Below are positions 14,143 to 26,974 of a stretch of DNA of 64,000 nt, piece after piece. Positions within the stretch are counted from its first letter, which is position 1. Each line of letters begins with the position of its first letter. Source of the stretch: Octopus vulgaris. Its lineage: Eukaryota. Made by a program: the position numbers and the translations under genes. The notes under the pieces are model-generated. The model was not told the origin of the DNA. It was given only the letters and a program-made list of their open reading frames with translations, and ran no database searches. The DNA lies in NCBI GenBank assembly GCA_951406725.2, contig OX597817.1, positions 60,698,001 to 60,762,000 of the forward strand, read 5' to 3'.

Positions 14143-14520
14143 AACCTCTTAGTTAAAAACATAACCGGTCAGATATTGTGTGGATTCACAAAAGAACGCA
14201 TCTGCTCTCTTGTGGAAATCAGTTACCCCCTGGAGTCCCTGGAGTCCCTGGAGACCCAATATGGTTAGAAAAATACAGGAGTAAGAAAACGTCTATGGAC
14301 CATGGATGAGGAGTTTGCAAATCCACTACCCAAGATACACTTTTAGTTTCATACTTATTATTATCGAAGCAACAGGATATGTACAAGCCCATCTGGAGCA
14401 AAGTATGGCTGAACTTGGGATTTTGTCCACGATATCCGGGACAGTAAATATCTGCAAGACCTTCAGATTCAAAGGATGAACAGCACAAGATGCTTTCCTT
14501 CCACAATTTTATTTACGAAT
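14143..14520 (+). mobile_element. R4/Dong-clade non-LTR element, C-terminal restriction-like endonuclease relic
   Basis: NRSDIV / ERICSLVEISYP / LQIHYPRYTFSFILIIIEATGYV / ISGTVNICKTF. Confidence 0.75.
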
Positions 14521-14879
14521 CAAGTGGCTGGGAAAAATTAGCTTTATATTTAAAAGAGAAAATAATACACACACACAAATCTTTTACCTGTTATTTGTTA
14601 GAGTCATTAGACTGTGGACATGCTGGGGCACAGCTGGGAAGGATTTTAGTCGAATGAATCGTCGCTCGTACATATTTGTTTTAAAGTCAGTTACTTATTC
14701 TGTTAATCTCTTTTACCGAACCACTAAGTTACGAGAACATAAAAACACCAACAACAGTTGTCAAGCGGCGGTGGTGGGGACAAACACACATGTGCTACTT
14801 TTTACCACGCGGCCACGCCTTCGTCTAAGTATGTACTTAATGTATGCATGTATAGATACAGATAGATAGATAGATAGAG

Positions 14880-14918
<39 letters not shown>

Positions 14919-15292
14919 GAGAGCCGGGGAGAGCCGGAGAAAGCCGGAGAGAGTCCATTAGTGATGAGAGCCCATTGGCTGGAAGAATGTTTTAGAGCAA
15001 ACAACATATGAATGGTGTCCCATCTTGTTTTAACGTTTAAAGGTTGTTCCTTTGAACTGGCATCACACCTCAGCGGACCACGTAGCGTATTAATATGACC
15101 TTATTTACAACGACTAGCTAACAAAGCAAATACTGAAAGGGAGCGGATGTGGGGAAACAATTAGGACACCAATATCAAGCCAAACGGAGCTGCCGAGAGC
15201 TATTTAGTGCAGTTACACAGACACACACACAAGCACGCATGCACACACAAGCACACATGCACACACTTATGTGGACAAACACACTCACTTCG

Positions 15293-15365
<73 letters not shown>

Positions 15366-15394
15366 CTCTCTCTATCTATATATCTATCTCTCTC

Positions 15395-15459
<65 letters not shown>

Positions 15460-16600
15460 ATATATATATATATATCTATATATATATATATGCGTATATC
15501 TCTCTGTCTGTAGATATATACATATATATATACGCGCATGCATCTATATATATATATATAAGTGTGTGTGTGTGTGTGTGCGTGTGTGTGTGTGTGTGTG
15601 TGCGTGTGTGTGTGTGTGTGCATTTTTAATTTTATATCCATCCAATAGAAACGGTATATACATAACATCTTTGATCTTCTTCCTTGCGCTTCCCCATTTA
15701 ATAACATTATTTAAAATAACAACACCAACAGCACCAGCACCAACACCAATAGCAACAACAAACTACACTGTTCAATCCACCCAAGTGCTGGCTGGCTGGT
15801 TACGTAGTGGAGTGCTCTTGAAGTACCCGTTCTCTTCACCGTTGTTTTTTTTTTTTTCGGGGTATGCCGTACACCTGTATCTTCTCGTTTCCGCCTTTAT
15901 AATTCTATTAAATACCACTTCAAAGTTGCTTTTGCTATTAAACTGAAATGGCCTTTTTCACAGCCAATCCGTGTCAGTCCATCCCAAGCCGGAGCTGACA
16001 AAAGACTTTCCATCTGTTAGGCATCGTTTATAGAAGGAGAAAAAAAAAAAAAAAAAAGAAAAAGAAAAGAAAAAAAAACCCTTATTCGTTTGCTTTCAGT
16101 ATTTTATTATTTTATTTTATATTTGTTTGTGTTGTTTTGCTTTGTGCTCGTTGCTGTTGCAGGTGATTATTGTGGTGTAAGTGGTGGGTAATTCCTGGTT
16201 CCTTATAACGATGGTGATGATCGTCATCATCATCATCACCATCATTATTATTATCGCCTTTATCATCATCTACCAAAGCCACCACCACCCACGCCGCCAT
16301 CATCAATCATCAGCATCATCGACAACTGCAACAGGAACAACACCAAGGCTATTCTTCCCTGTTGCCATGACCATTACCATCCTCGCCATTCTGATCATCT
16401 TCAGAAGAAACAAGAACAACAGCACTACGCTCATTTTTACCATCGACATCCTTGTCATCATCCCCACCACCACCACCACCATAATCATCATCATCATCAT
16501 CATCATCATCAAATTCTTCAGGCAGTTTTCTTTTGTTTTTTAACTTATTCTTAGCCGTGTGTCTTGCTCTCTCTCTCTCTTTCACTATCTATATGTCTGA

Positions 16601-16642
<42 letters not shown>

Positions 16643-16655
16643 TTATATATATATA

Positions 16656-16714
<59 letters not shown>

Positions 16715-17024
16715 TTATAATCCAAACATGAACAAAGAGAAAACACAACAACGTGAGGAAGTGGAACAAGTATAGTGTTATTGGACGCTCAGGAAAGGAC
16801 ATTTTCTACTGTTGCTTCGGGCTGCAAGTTCGTCATCTATCTATATATATATATATATATATATATAAATTAGAAAAAAAAACACCTTTTATCAATTTAA
16901 TAATGGAAAATTAAATTATACCTTTTAGAAAAATTACATATAGAAAGATAAAATGTAAGATAAAACATATAACAATGATTAAGTAATGTGCAAAATAATA
17001 TTCCCTCATATTATTACTATTATT

Positions 17025-17510
17025 GAGTGAGCGAGCAGAGCATGCCATCAAAGTGACACTGGGGTAAAATATACGAAGCCCAGTATACCCATCATGACTA
17101 CCCGTCTGATAAGGGTACACCAGGCACATGCATCACAACCATATGTGCGCAACATGGTGATCTCATATCAAGATAAACAGCACATGACCTTGCAGGTGGA
17201 GCCCAGTTAGAATTTCCTTCAGGTTGAGTAGCCCATCCCGCTCAAAAGGTCCCTGAATAAGGGTTGTTTAAGGACGTTGAACGAAACACCCATGTTTCCA
17301 GAGGTGAATTATTCAAACCCCAAAGAATCCTTCTCAACACATGGCTATGATGCTCCCCCACTACTTCCGCTCGTGATCAGAGATGCACATATCGTCAGCC
17401 ACTAAGGGACATGCTCAACTGGTTAAGGTCAAACAACTGACAAGCAAATCTGTGGTATTGAGCAGAATATTTGCTGTAGCCCATCTTTTATACCAAGACA
17501 AAACAATGTT
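17025..17510 (+). mobile_element. Interspersed non-coding repeat embedded in (ATT)n
   Basis: A second, internally deleted copy lies at 18699-18990; no ORF. Confidence 0.75.
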
Positions 17511-17522
17511 TATTACTATTAC

Positions 17523-17582
<60 letters not shown>

Positions 17583-17599
17583 GATATATATATAACTCA

Positions 17600-18390
17600 A
17601 CCGTTCTTGCTCCCTGAATGATGAAATATCTTTTAGGCTGCAGAGAGCAACTGATTCCTTCCAGTATCTTCAGTGTCGCGTCTGGTTCCAGCATCACAAA
17701 GCAAGCAAAAATTGCTGTGTACCGTGTATGTGTACTGACATCACTCCTTTACTCATGCGAGACATGAGCCCTTTCCAAACAGCATGTAAGGGTTCTTGAA
17801 CGCTTCTATCAGAGATGTCTCAGACATATTCTGAATGTTGGCTGGACCTTAAAAACTCCTGACACACAGGTCTTGAGGAAAGCTGATATCTTGAGTATTG
17901 AGGCGATGGTGCACAATCACCGGTTACGTTGAACTAGACACCTTATTGGAATGAAGGATAGAAGGATCCCTAAGCAGATGCAATATGAACTTATTAGTGG
18001 AAAGAGACCCCGGTAGGAACCAAGGCTACGATTTAAGGACTGTGTCAAGTCCTCATTAAAGGCCTCTGATATGTAGGAGAGTGACTAGGAGAGCAATGCC
18101 TGTCATCGCCACAGATGGAGGAAGCAGGTTAGGGAGGGGGTCGACACTTTTGAGAGAGCACGTATTCTGTATGAAGAACTTAAGCGTGCTGCTCGAAAGC
18201 GCACTACTGGTGTAGTGAATGAAGTAAGCTTAGTTTGCAATGTTTGCAGTCGAGTATGCTTGTTAAGGAGCAGGGCTCAGTAGCCTCAAACAGAGCCGCA
18301 AATGCAAAATATAAGTTAGTCCTAGAGCGCACAATGTTACTGAAGGTCAGCAATGGTCTTCCTCGGTAACGAGTGGACGGCCATTATCAT
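17600..18390 (+). mobile_element. RTE-clade LINE 3' relic
   Basis: KIAVYRVCVLTSLLYSCET, HRLR*TRHLIGMKDRRIPKQMQYEL..GKRP, RLRFKDCVK..LKA, RHRWRKQVREGV, C-terminal CNVCSRVC; many stops. Confidence 0.88.
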
Positions 18391-18399
18391 AGTTGCATA

Positions 18400-18648
18400 T
18401 CTAGACATTCGCATATGTAAACCTCTGGAAAGTTTTACAGATCTTTACAGTTCCAGTGATGGATTAGATCCATAGTCTTCGAATTAGCTTTATCCTTTCT
18501 GGTTTTGAGAAGCCCAATTTCTCAAGATTGGTATTTAGGCAGAGTGGTACATATCCCAGTGCACCAATAATTACAGGTATAAACCTGAACTTGTAATCTG
18601 GATAGAGTAAATGCAGATTTCTCAATAGTTAAGCGTAAGTATTCTGGT
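18400..18648 (-). mobile_element. R4/Dong-clade 3' relic
   Basis: LLRNLHLLYPDYKFRFIPVIIGALGYVP...SITGTVKICKTF; abuts (TATG)n. Confidence 0.82.
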
Positions 18649-18698
18649 ATGTATGTATGTATGTATGTATGTATGTATGTATGTATGTATGTATGTTT

Positions 18699-18990
18699 GA
18701 GAGCAGCACATGCCATCAAAGCGATGCTCGAGTACAGATATAAGAAGCCCAATATACCCATTTTGACCATTGGTCTGATAAGGGTATACGAGGCACATGC
18801 ATCACAGCCATATATGCACATATCCTCAGCTAAGGAATATGCTCAGCTGGTTATGGTCAAGCAATTGATGAGCAAATCTGTGGTATTGAGCAGAATATTT
18901 ACTGTAATCCATATTTTATACCGAGGCAAAACACGTACATGATAACACTTCCAATCAAGATCAGAAGCTATTAATGCCACTGCCTTAGAC
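18699..18990 (+). mobile_element. Deleted copy of the 17025 repeat
   Basis: Shares GCCATCAAAG...GGCACATGCATCACA and GCAAATCTGTGGTATTGAGCAGAATATTT. Confidence 0.8.
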
Positions 18991-19084
18991 ATTATGCACG
19001 TATGTATGTTTGTATGTATGTATGTATGTATTACGTTTTCGTACGTTGTCTAAGAATCCATAAGTGAGAAAAAAATATGCCATT

Positions 19085-19214
19085 ACCTTCTGCCGGAGCC
19101 GTGTGGAGCTTAGGTGTTTCGCTCATAAGCACACATATCGCCTGGTCTGAGATTCAAACCCGCGATCCCTTAGCCGTGAGTCCGCTGCTCTAAGCATTAG
19201 GCCATGTGCCTCCA
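19085..19214 (-). mobile_element. SINE family 3 head (tRNA-like)
   Basis: Reverse complement matches the head of the 22575 copy. Confidence 0.75.
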
Positions 19215-20032
19215 CATTAATCAAAGTATAGAGTAATATAAATCCATGAAAGCAAATCTTACCATTCGGTTCCGCACCGGATATTAGCCAAATTGATATT
19301 TGATTATAAAGCAGCTATCTAATACACGTGCTCTTCAGAGATAACATGTATAGAAAAAATAGCGACTTCTGTCTGAAAAAATGGTAACAGAGTCGGATGC
19401 TATTTTTTTCGTATCTATGCATATACTTACATTTTAGAAGTGAACTCATGGCCGAGTAAAACACATCATAAAACTGCAAATCTGTGCAAATGTTGCAAAA
19501 GTCAAGAATTTCCTGTGCGTAAATTTGTTTCAAGTGGATAAAGTGTTGGAACAGCATTGAATCCACGTTTCAACACAATCAGCTTTAATAAAACCAGTGG
19601 CACAATAGAAGCTGAGACAACCAAAAACCAACTCTACTCCAGGTCCTTTTCTTACGAGTTTACCTTCTCCTAGAAGGAAGTTCTAACGAGAACTAAGGCT
19701 CCTTCACTGCCATTTTGAATATACTAGTTATCCTATAGCTGGGACTCTCAAAGGTCCTGCAACACTGGCCGGAGTAGACTTAGGGGACAAAAAGAGGCAA
19801 AGAAGTGATTCCACCCTCCTCAGAACTCTGGTACAAGAGTATCAGGGCCTCATTGCTGGATGATGGAGTTTCAAGTCATTCCCAGAACACCTACATAAAT
19901 ATATGCCTACGTAGATACATATACACAGACATGCCTACATACAAACGCGAGAATCTGTGAAGTAAATTGTTCATAAGAGAGGGAGAGAGAGAGAGAGAGA
20001 GAGAGTGAGTGTGTGTGTGTGAGAGAGAGAGA

Positions 20033-20116
<84 letters not shown>

Positions 20117-20800
20117 CAACTGCACACAAATGAAGTTGATATGTTCGCAATCCATTCAGTCTATCGCCGATGCTTGGTTGTTCTCCTGAGTGGTACTTAA
20201 CACTTATCTTAATGTGTGTTTTACCAGGTCCTACTTTGCTCTTGAAATGAATGAATGCTCCTTGCACTTGTCGGCCACTTTATTTAATTAACTAGTAAAG
20301 ATAAACTGAATAATTAAAGATTATTTTGCTTTTATTCAAGTCTTCTGTGACACTTATTTCGAAATCTAGCATATATCTTTTGTCATAGTTCCATTCTCCT
20401 TATATTAGCCTAAGATATGATTTTAGGGTGGAGAGAGAAGTGCTCTCTCCCTCTCTCTCTCTTCCAGCGACTGTTCTAAGAAGTCAGAGACTGTAGATTG
20501 GGTGAATGGATCTGCCTGAGATATCATTTAAGGATGCTGGGGATACGGTTCCCCTCCTGTGAATTTATCAAAATGTTCGTGACACTGATGTTTTACGCTA
20601 TGACTACGTCAATCCATCCATCCATCCATCCATCCATCCATTCATCCCTCCATTCATCCATCCGTCCATCCATCCATCCATCCATCCATATAAACGTGTC
20701 TGTGCCTCTCTGTGTGTGTGCGTGTGAGTGTGTGTGTATGTGTGTGTGTGCGTGCGTGTACGCTTGTGTGTGTTGTAGAACATAACTATTGTCAGAATAT

Positions 20801-20839
<39 letters not shown>

Positions 20840-21021
20840 TACATATTTAAAAATGTCATCCTTTACTTTATACTCTATGACGTAGTTTCAAAGATCTTCA
20901 TTTACATGCACATATCTACATACGTAGACACAGACACACGCTTACACACATGTGTATATATGTTTATATATATACATTAACATACACATCCATATAGGAA
21001 TGTGCAACAATTCACACACAA

Positions 21022-21054
<33 letters not shown>

Positions 21055-21300
21055 TAAACACACACATATATATGCCCATACATTCATACAAGTATGTTAT
21101 CGACTGAAAGGCGAGCGCGTGTGCGCGCACACACACGCACCAGCGCGCACACGTATTTTACAGGGTGGGTGGTAAAAGGCATTTCAAGCTAATTTCACTT
21201 TTCAACACCCCTTCATGATCAAGAATTTTATATACATATACATCCGTATGTATACATGCATATTTGTGCATATATATGTGTATACATACAAACGTACATA

Positions 21301-21388
<88 letters not shown>

Positions 21389-22106
21389 CATATTTACACA
21401 CACACACACATGCGTGTGTGTATTGCGAGGCACTCTACACCTTTCTCGACAGGAATTTTAATGTAAAAATACGAAAATACGCAGGAAAATCCCAAGATTA
21501 CAGCAGAAAATAACACATAACACCCAGCTTAGACATAATAGCAAAGCTCTCTGCCGCTCCGCCACATAACGCTTCTCTTTCGCTTTCTACCCCTGCGCGC
21601 TGCGCAACACCCTTACGAACAGACCAGACGACTTCGCAATTTTGTGTAGAGCTTACAGAGTCAACCTATTTTGCTTTTATTTTGTGGTTAATTTTGTTGT
21701 TTTTTTTCAGGATTTATCTGATTTCTTTTTTGCCTTTTGTTGTTGTTGTTGTTGTTGTTGTTGTTATTGCTGTGGTGGTGTTCTTGTTATTTATGTCGGA
21801 GGAGCAAACGTGTAGAGGCTAGGCTTTAAATGTTATATTTCGTCGGTCTTTTTCTTTTTTTCTTATTTAATGTCAGCGAATTAGTGACTGAATAAATAAA
21901 CTTTCTACTAGAGGTAGTGAGTGCATGTGGGAGGAGAGTAAGAGAGAGAGAGAGAGAGAGAGAAAGCGGGAGATTGTAGTCAAAGGATAGAGATCCATAT
22001 ATATGTGTGTATATATGTTTGTATATATAGATATATGTATGTGTGCATATATATATAAGTATATATATGTATATATATGTGTGTGTGTATATGTATATAT
22101 ATATAT

Positions 22107-22169
<63 letters not shown>

Positions 22170-22170
22170 T

Positions 22171-22213
<43 letters not shown>

Positions 22214-22574
22214 CTTCTGTGTATGTATATATATACATATAAATATACATATATATACATATAAATATACATATATATACATATACGTATACATATATCT
22301 ATCTGTGTGTGTGTGTATCGATGTATATGTGAGTGTGTGCACGCTTTTATTATTGTATATCGTATCAACATGGCGCATCAGGAATTTCTGCGTTTATTTT
22401 ATTCGTGACTTGATTATTTTGAGAAAAGACGTTCAGAGCAAAAACAGCGCCGACACAAAAAAATCTCAACAAAATATGGCCGTCGTATTTTTAAATCTAC
22501 AGAATACAGAAGTGTACAGAAACATATACACGTTTTTAAATTGGTCAAAGTATCTGTGTGGGGTTGCGTAAATA

Positions 22575-22949
22575 TGCAATGGCCCAGTGGTTAGGGCAGC
22601 GGACTCGCGGTCGTGGGATCGCGGTTTCGATTTTCAAACCGGACGTTGTGAGTGTTTATTGAGAGAAAACACCTAAAGCTTCACGAGGCTCCGGCAGGAG
22701 TGGTGGCGAACCCTGCTGTACGCTTTCACCACAAATTTCTCTCAGTCTTTCTTCCTGTTTCTGTTGTACCTGTATTTTAAAGGGGCCAGCCTTGTCACAC
22801 TCTGTGTCACGCTGAATCTCCCCGAGAACTACGTTAAGAGTACACATGTCTGTGGAATACTCAGCCACTTGCACCTTAATTTCACGAGCAGGCTGTTCCG
22901 TTGATCGGATGAACAGGAACCCTCGTCGTCGTAACAGACGGAGTGCCAC
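22575..22949 (+). mobile_element. tRNA-derived SINE family 3, full length
   Basis: A box TGGCCCAGTGG, B-box-like GTTTCGATT; ends CCCTCGTCGTCGTAACAGACGGAGTGCCAC; second copy at 42258. Confidence 0.9.
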
Positions 22950-22951
22950 GA

Positions 22952-23028
<77 letters not shown>

Positions 23029-23468
23029 CCTATCTATCTATCTATCTATCTATCTCGATCGATAGTATTCATTGACAGATCGGCTCGTAAGTCAAAAGCT
23101 TTTTTTATTGTGCTTTTGAAAAAGCTTCGTTCCAATTTTTGCACACGGAGTGTGTAAGACATCCAGCTTTCGTCTGGGTGGGTTTTCCAGAGGGGATTTT
23201 TTCCCTAGGGGCAATTTCAACCGTGATTATATATCAAAATTTTTGCTTTCATAGCTTGTTTTCACACAATGTCGCCGAAGCGTTTCTCATAACGCATAGA
23301 CGCTGTTCTCTCTCTCCGTTGCATTCATTTGTTTACGTTTTACATTTTCGGAATTTTTCAACTTTCCAAACGCCCAACTTTCGTTTAGGTTTTTTTTTTT
23401 TAAATGTAGAATTCACCCTTAGGGGCATTTTCATCAATTGATTTTATTTTTCTCGAAAAAAAAAAAAA

Positions 23469-25638
23469 ATGTCGAGAAATTTTATCGTAGAACAGTATTC
23501 TACGATTTCTTCTAAGGAGAATTTTCCTACTTTGGAAAAGACAATCAACAAAGACGATGATGTAAAGAAAGATGAAACTGAAATCAACACCACCACCACC
23601 AACACCAATAACAGAACTAACACTGACACAACAACCGTTAACATCAACAAAAATGAAGTAAATAATAATGTCCAGAAGTTTTCGCAAGATTTAATTATCT
23701 CACCTATTATCTCACCTACAACAATATCTGCTGCCACGCCTGTCTCTTCTGCCACTGACACCACCGCCAACACCAACAACAATAACAACAATAACAACAA
23801 CAACAATTCTTTTCAGACCTTGTTTCCTCCAACACCAAGAACTGAAGGAGAGAAGCAAAAGACCACGACCGCCAAACGAATTGCCGAAAGCTGCTCAAAC
23901 GCAGGGACAAATTATGCAAGCAATTTTCCACCCTTTCCTACTTGCACAATCAAACATCAGACACCAAATACACCGAATATAGCAACTGCAGCCAACAACA
24001 ACACCACCACCAGCAACAACAATAACAAAACAACAACAAATTTCGCCGAGGCGATAAAAGAAAAAAAGACAACAGTATCTTTTACTGCACAACAGATAAA
24101 AGATACCAAAGCTTTAATAACTAAAGAAAATGGCAAAGTAAAAATAAACATACCACAACAAATACTGGAAAATGAAAAAAAGAAAACCATTATATATAAA
24201 ATAATCAACAAGAAGACAAAAAGTCCAGAGAAGGCGAACACAAACAAAATCGAAAAATGCTTGCAACCTATCTGGAACTTCAAAGAATATGTGACCTGGT
24301 GGAACAAGTTTGCGCACATACAAGTAGTTTTCCACATTGAAGAGTTAGCAAAACGATTCTCAACGCTAACTCTTCATTCGGATGAACTCACTATGATACC
24401 TAGCTACCCTAGACAGAGAGTAACTAAGTTCATATTAAACAATGTTCCACAAATAGCGGACACTCTATGGCTAACATCGGCCATATGTGTGGAAATGAAC
24501 GATTTTAACATATTACAAACCACGGTCACTGAACACAAAAACTGGGTGGGAAAAAGAGTAGAAATTCTGCTACACATCAACAAAGATGCCATCAACAAAA
24601 TACCCACCCAGATATATATATCAGAAGACCACAAGTTGTATGTGGTCGTCGAGGGCAGAAGACCACGCTGCTACATATGCGGCAGTGAGCAACATCTAAA
24701 AAAAGACTGCAAATCTGCCGCAATAAAACAGCAGCAACAACAACAGCAGCCGGAAAAAACAAAAAAGCCAGCTTTATTACCCACACTACAGTTTGCACGA
24801 ACAATAAAAGGACCAGTCACAGGAAATCAACAAGAAACAAACCTACCCAACCAAACAACACCACCAACTGCACCAAGAACAGAAACAACATCAACAACAA
24901 CAACCAAAGAGAAACCAACTCCCAAACCAAGAATATCTACCAAAAAGACAAGCATCGAAAATGAAGAAACAATTACTACTCCAAATCCCCCCAAAACACA
25001 CACCCCAAACACCACAACAAAACCTACAATCACACAAACACAAAATACCCACACCCCACCTCCAAAACCGCATACATCACACCCTAACGCTCACCAATCA
25101 ACACCAACAACAAAGTCAACACAGTCAAAAATAAACCCCAATACTTTTCCCCTCCCACTCTCTGATTTCTCTGACATGTCATTAGATGAAGAAGACACAG
25201 AGGATTGGCAAATAGCCACAGGGGGGAGGAGAAAAAGGGGAAAAAAGAAAAGAAAAGCTAACAAACACAGCAGGAAGATTCACCACTCCCGAAACAAAAA
25301 CATCCACAGAAAACGAACACATCAACACAAATACACTATCACCAAACCCCCCAACAATGTTGACAGCCGTAAACACAAACAACCACGACCTAATGGAATA
25401 CATTAGGTCAAACACCAACATAACTGAAAACGACACAAAAACAAATAACCACCCACGCACAACACCACCACAACACATTAAAATAATACACGTAACACAG
25501 AACACACACAGCACCCTGAAATCTCTCTACCCTGATGCAGTTGGGAGATTTCAAAAATATTTATCAAAGAAACTTTATAAAAACCTCATTGGAGAAGACT
25601 GTGAGGTGAAAAACAAAGGACTTTCGTACAATAAGTAA
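23469..25638 (+). pseudogene. Tx1-type ORF1 (gag-like, zinc knuckle), probably with one frameshift near 25240
   Basis: 645-aa ORF 23469-25406 with VVVEGRRPRCYICGSEQHLKKDC (CX2CX4HX4C); Thr/Asn-rich composition continues in the alternative frame to the stop at 25638. Confidence 0.85.
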
Positions 25639-25704
25639 CATTTTCTCTCTCTCTTTCTTTTTTTCTCATCTTTTCGTGTGTAAAACACAATTTTTGATAG
25701 GAAC

Positions 25705-25838
25705 ATGCTCAAAATAGGCAGTATAAATGTACGTGGCTTGGGGTCGCCTTTGAAACAAGGCTACCTGTTAAACGACATCAAGTCACTAAATTTGCATATA
25801 GCCATCAGTGAGACCAGACTCCACAGCTCGCGGCACTC
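25705..25838 (+). pseudogene. ORF2 N-terminus, apurinic-type endonuclease (truncated)
   Basis: MLKIGSINVRGL...IAISETRL corresponds to APE motifs I and II. Confidence 0.9.
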
Positions 25839-25854
25839 CATACATATGCATATG

Positions 25855-25946
<92 letters not shown>

Positions 25947-26027
25947 GGAGAGAGAGAGGAGAGAGAGAGAGTCTTTGAAGTGATGTACAGATATATATAG
26001 AATAATATTGAATAATATTGTATATAT

Positions 26028-26727
26028 AGAATAATAAGGTAATCAGAAATTTGGATGATTATAGATAGTTTTATTTACACTTTATTTGCACTTCCAGCGC
26101 TTTCTTCCGTTATAGGATTTATCAAAATGTAGTTTAAAGTTAGATTTCTTGGTCTTTTTATAAATAAAAAAACTTGTGGGGTTTGCCAAGCAAGAGAGAT
26201 GAAAGAAGAAAAGTATTTGAGGAGGAGAGGGCGTGGATTTTATATTGGTATGGTCAGACATGTTTGTTTAGTACTTAGTGACCTTTTAGGGTGGGGAAGG
26301 AAAAAGAATTTTTTGTATTTGAATGTTGTTTTTGACTTTTTTCAATAAAAATTATAATTGTATTTCCATGTCTTGTTTCTTTATTCTTTTGCTTTCATTA
26401 ATGTGGGGGAGGTAAATAGGTGTGGTCTTTTTATTAGTGTGGTCAAATTTTTGTAGTAGTCAAGGTTTTTATTGAAAAACCAAATATTTTTGACTTTCTG
26501 CAGTAAAATTACAATTGCATTTCCAGGTCTTGTTCTTTTGTATTCTTTTCTTCTTTCATCTCCTTTGCCTGGCAAACGCCACAAGTTTTTTTTTCTTTAT
26601 AAAAAGACCAAGAAATCTAACTTTAAAACTATATTTTGATACATCCGCTAACGGAAGAAAGCGCTACAAGTGCAAATAAAGTGTGAATAAAACTATATAT
26701 AATCATCCAAATTTCTGATTACCTTAT

Positions 26728-26733
<6 letters not shown>
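26028..26733. mobile_element. Diverged fold-back element (~190-bp inverted arms) in TA repeats, Penelope-like
   Basis: 26028-26216 is the diverged reverse complement of 26542-26733; arms contain a degenerate HHR-like motif TTGATA(C/A)A-TCC..GGA-AGAAAGCGCT. Confidence 0.7.
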
Positions 26734-26770
<37 letters not shown>

Positions 26771-26774
<4 letters not shown>

Positions 26775-26974
26775 ATCCAAACAAGAAAGCAAAAAAAAAA
26801 CACAACAACGCGAGGACGTGGAACAAATATAGTATTATTGGACGCCCAGGAAAGAAGGAAAGAAGGAGGGTCAAACGTTTCGAGCGGAGCTCTTCGTCGG
26901 AAACATAGGAGAAGGAAAGATCCAGAGAAGGGAAGACAGAGGAAAAAAATTGCCAACGGTACACACGAGGTCAC
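26771..26974 (-). mobile_element. HHR-like short element, subfamily B
   Basis: Minus strand CCGACGA-A-GAGC-TCC-GCTC-GAAACGTT (26900-26874); downstream part similar to family A; partial copy at 16716-16800. Confidence 0.75.

Larger units (their letters stand above)
23060..25838 (+). mobile_element. L1/Tx1-clade LINE: 5' UTR, ORF1 and start of ORF2, 3'-truncated
   Basis: Long ORF1 with a CCHC knuckle followed by an APE endonuclease start; begins right after (CTAT)n and ends at (TA)n(GA)n. Confidence 0.88.

Noticed and set aside
16112-16530. His/Asp/Gly-rich ORFs resembling a low-complexity protein
   Set aside because: Degenerate (CAT/CAC)n repeats with stops, no splice or domain support.
22575-22650. 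tRNA gene candidates (also 32087, 42258, 60295)
   Set aside because: A/B boxes continue into SINE bodies and no full cloverleaf was found.
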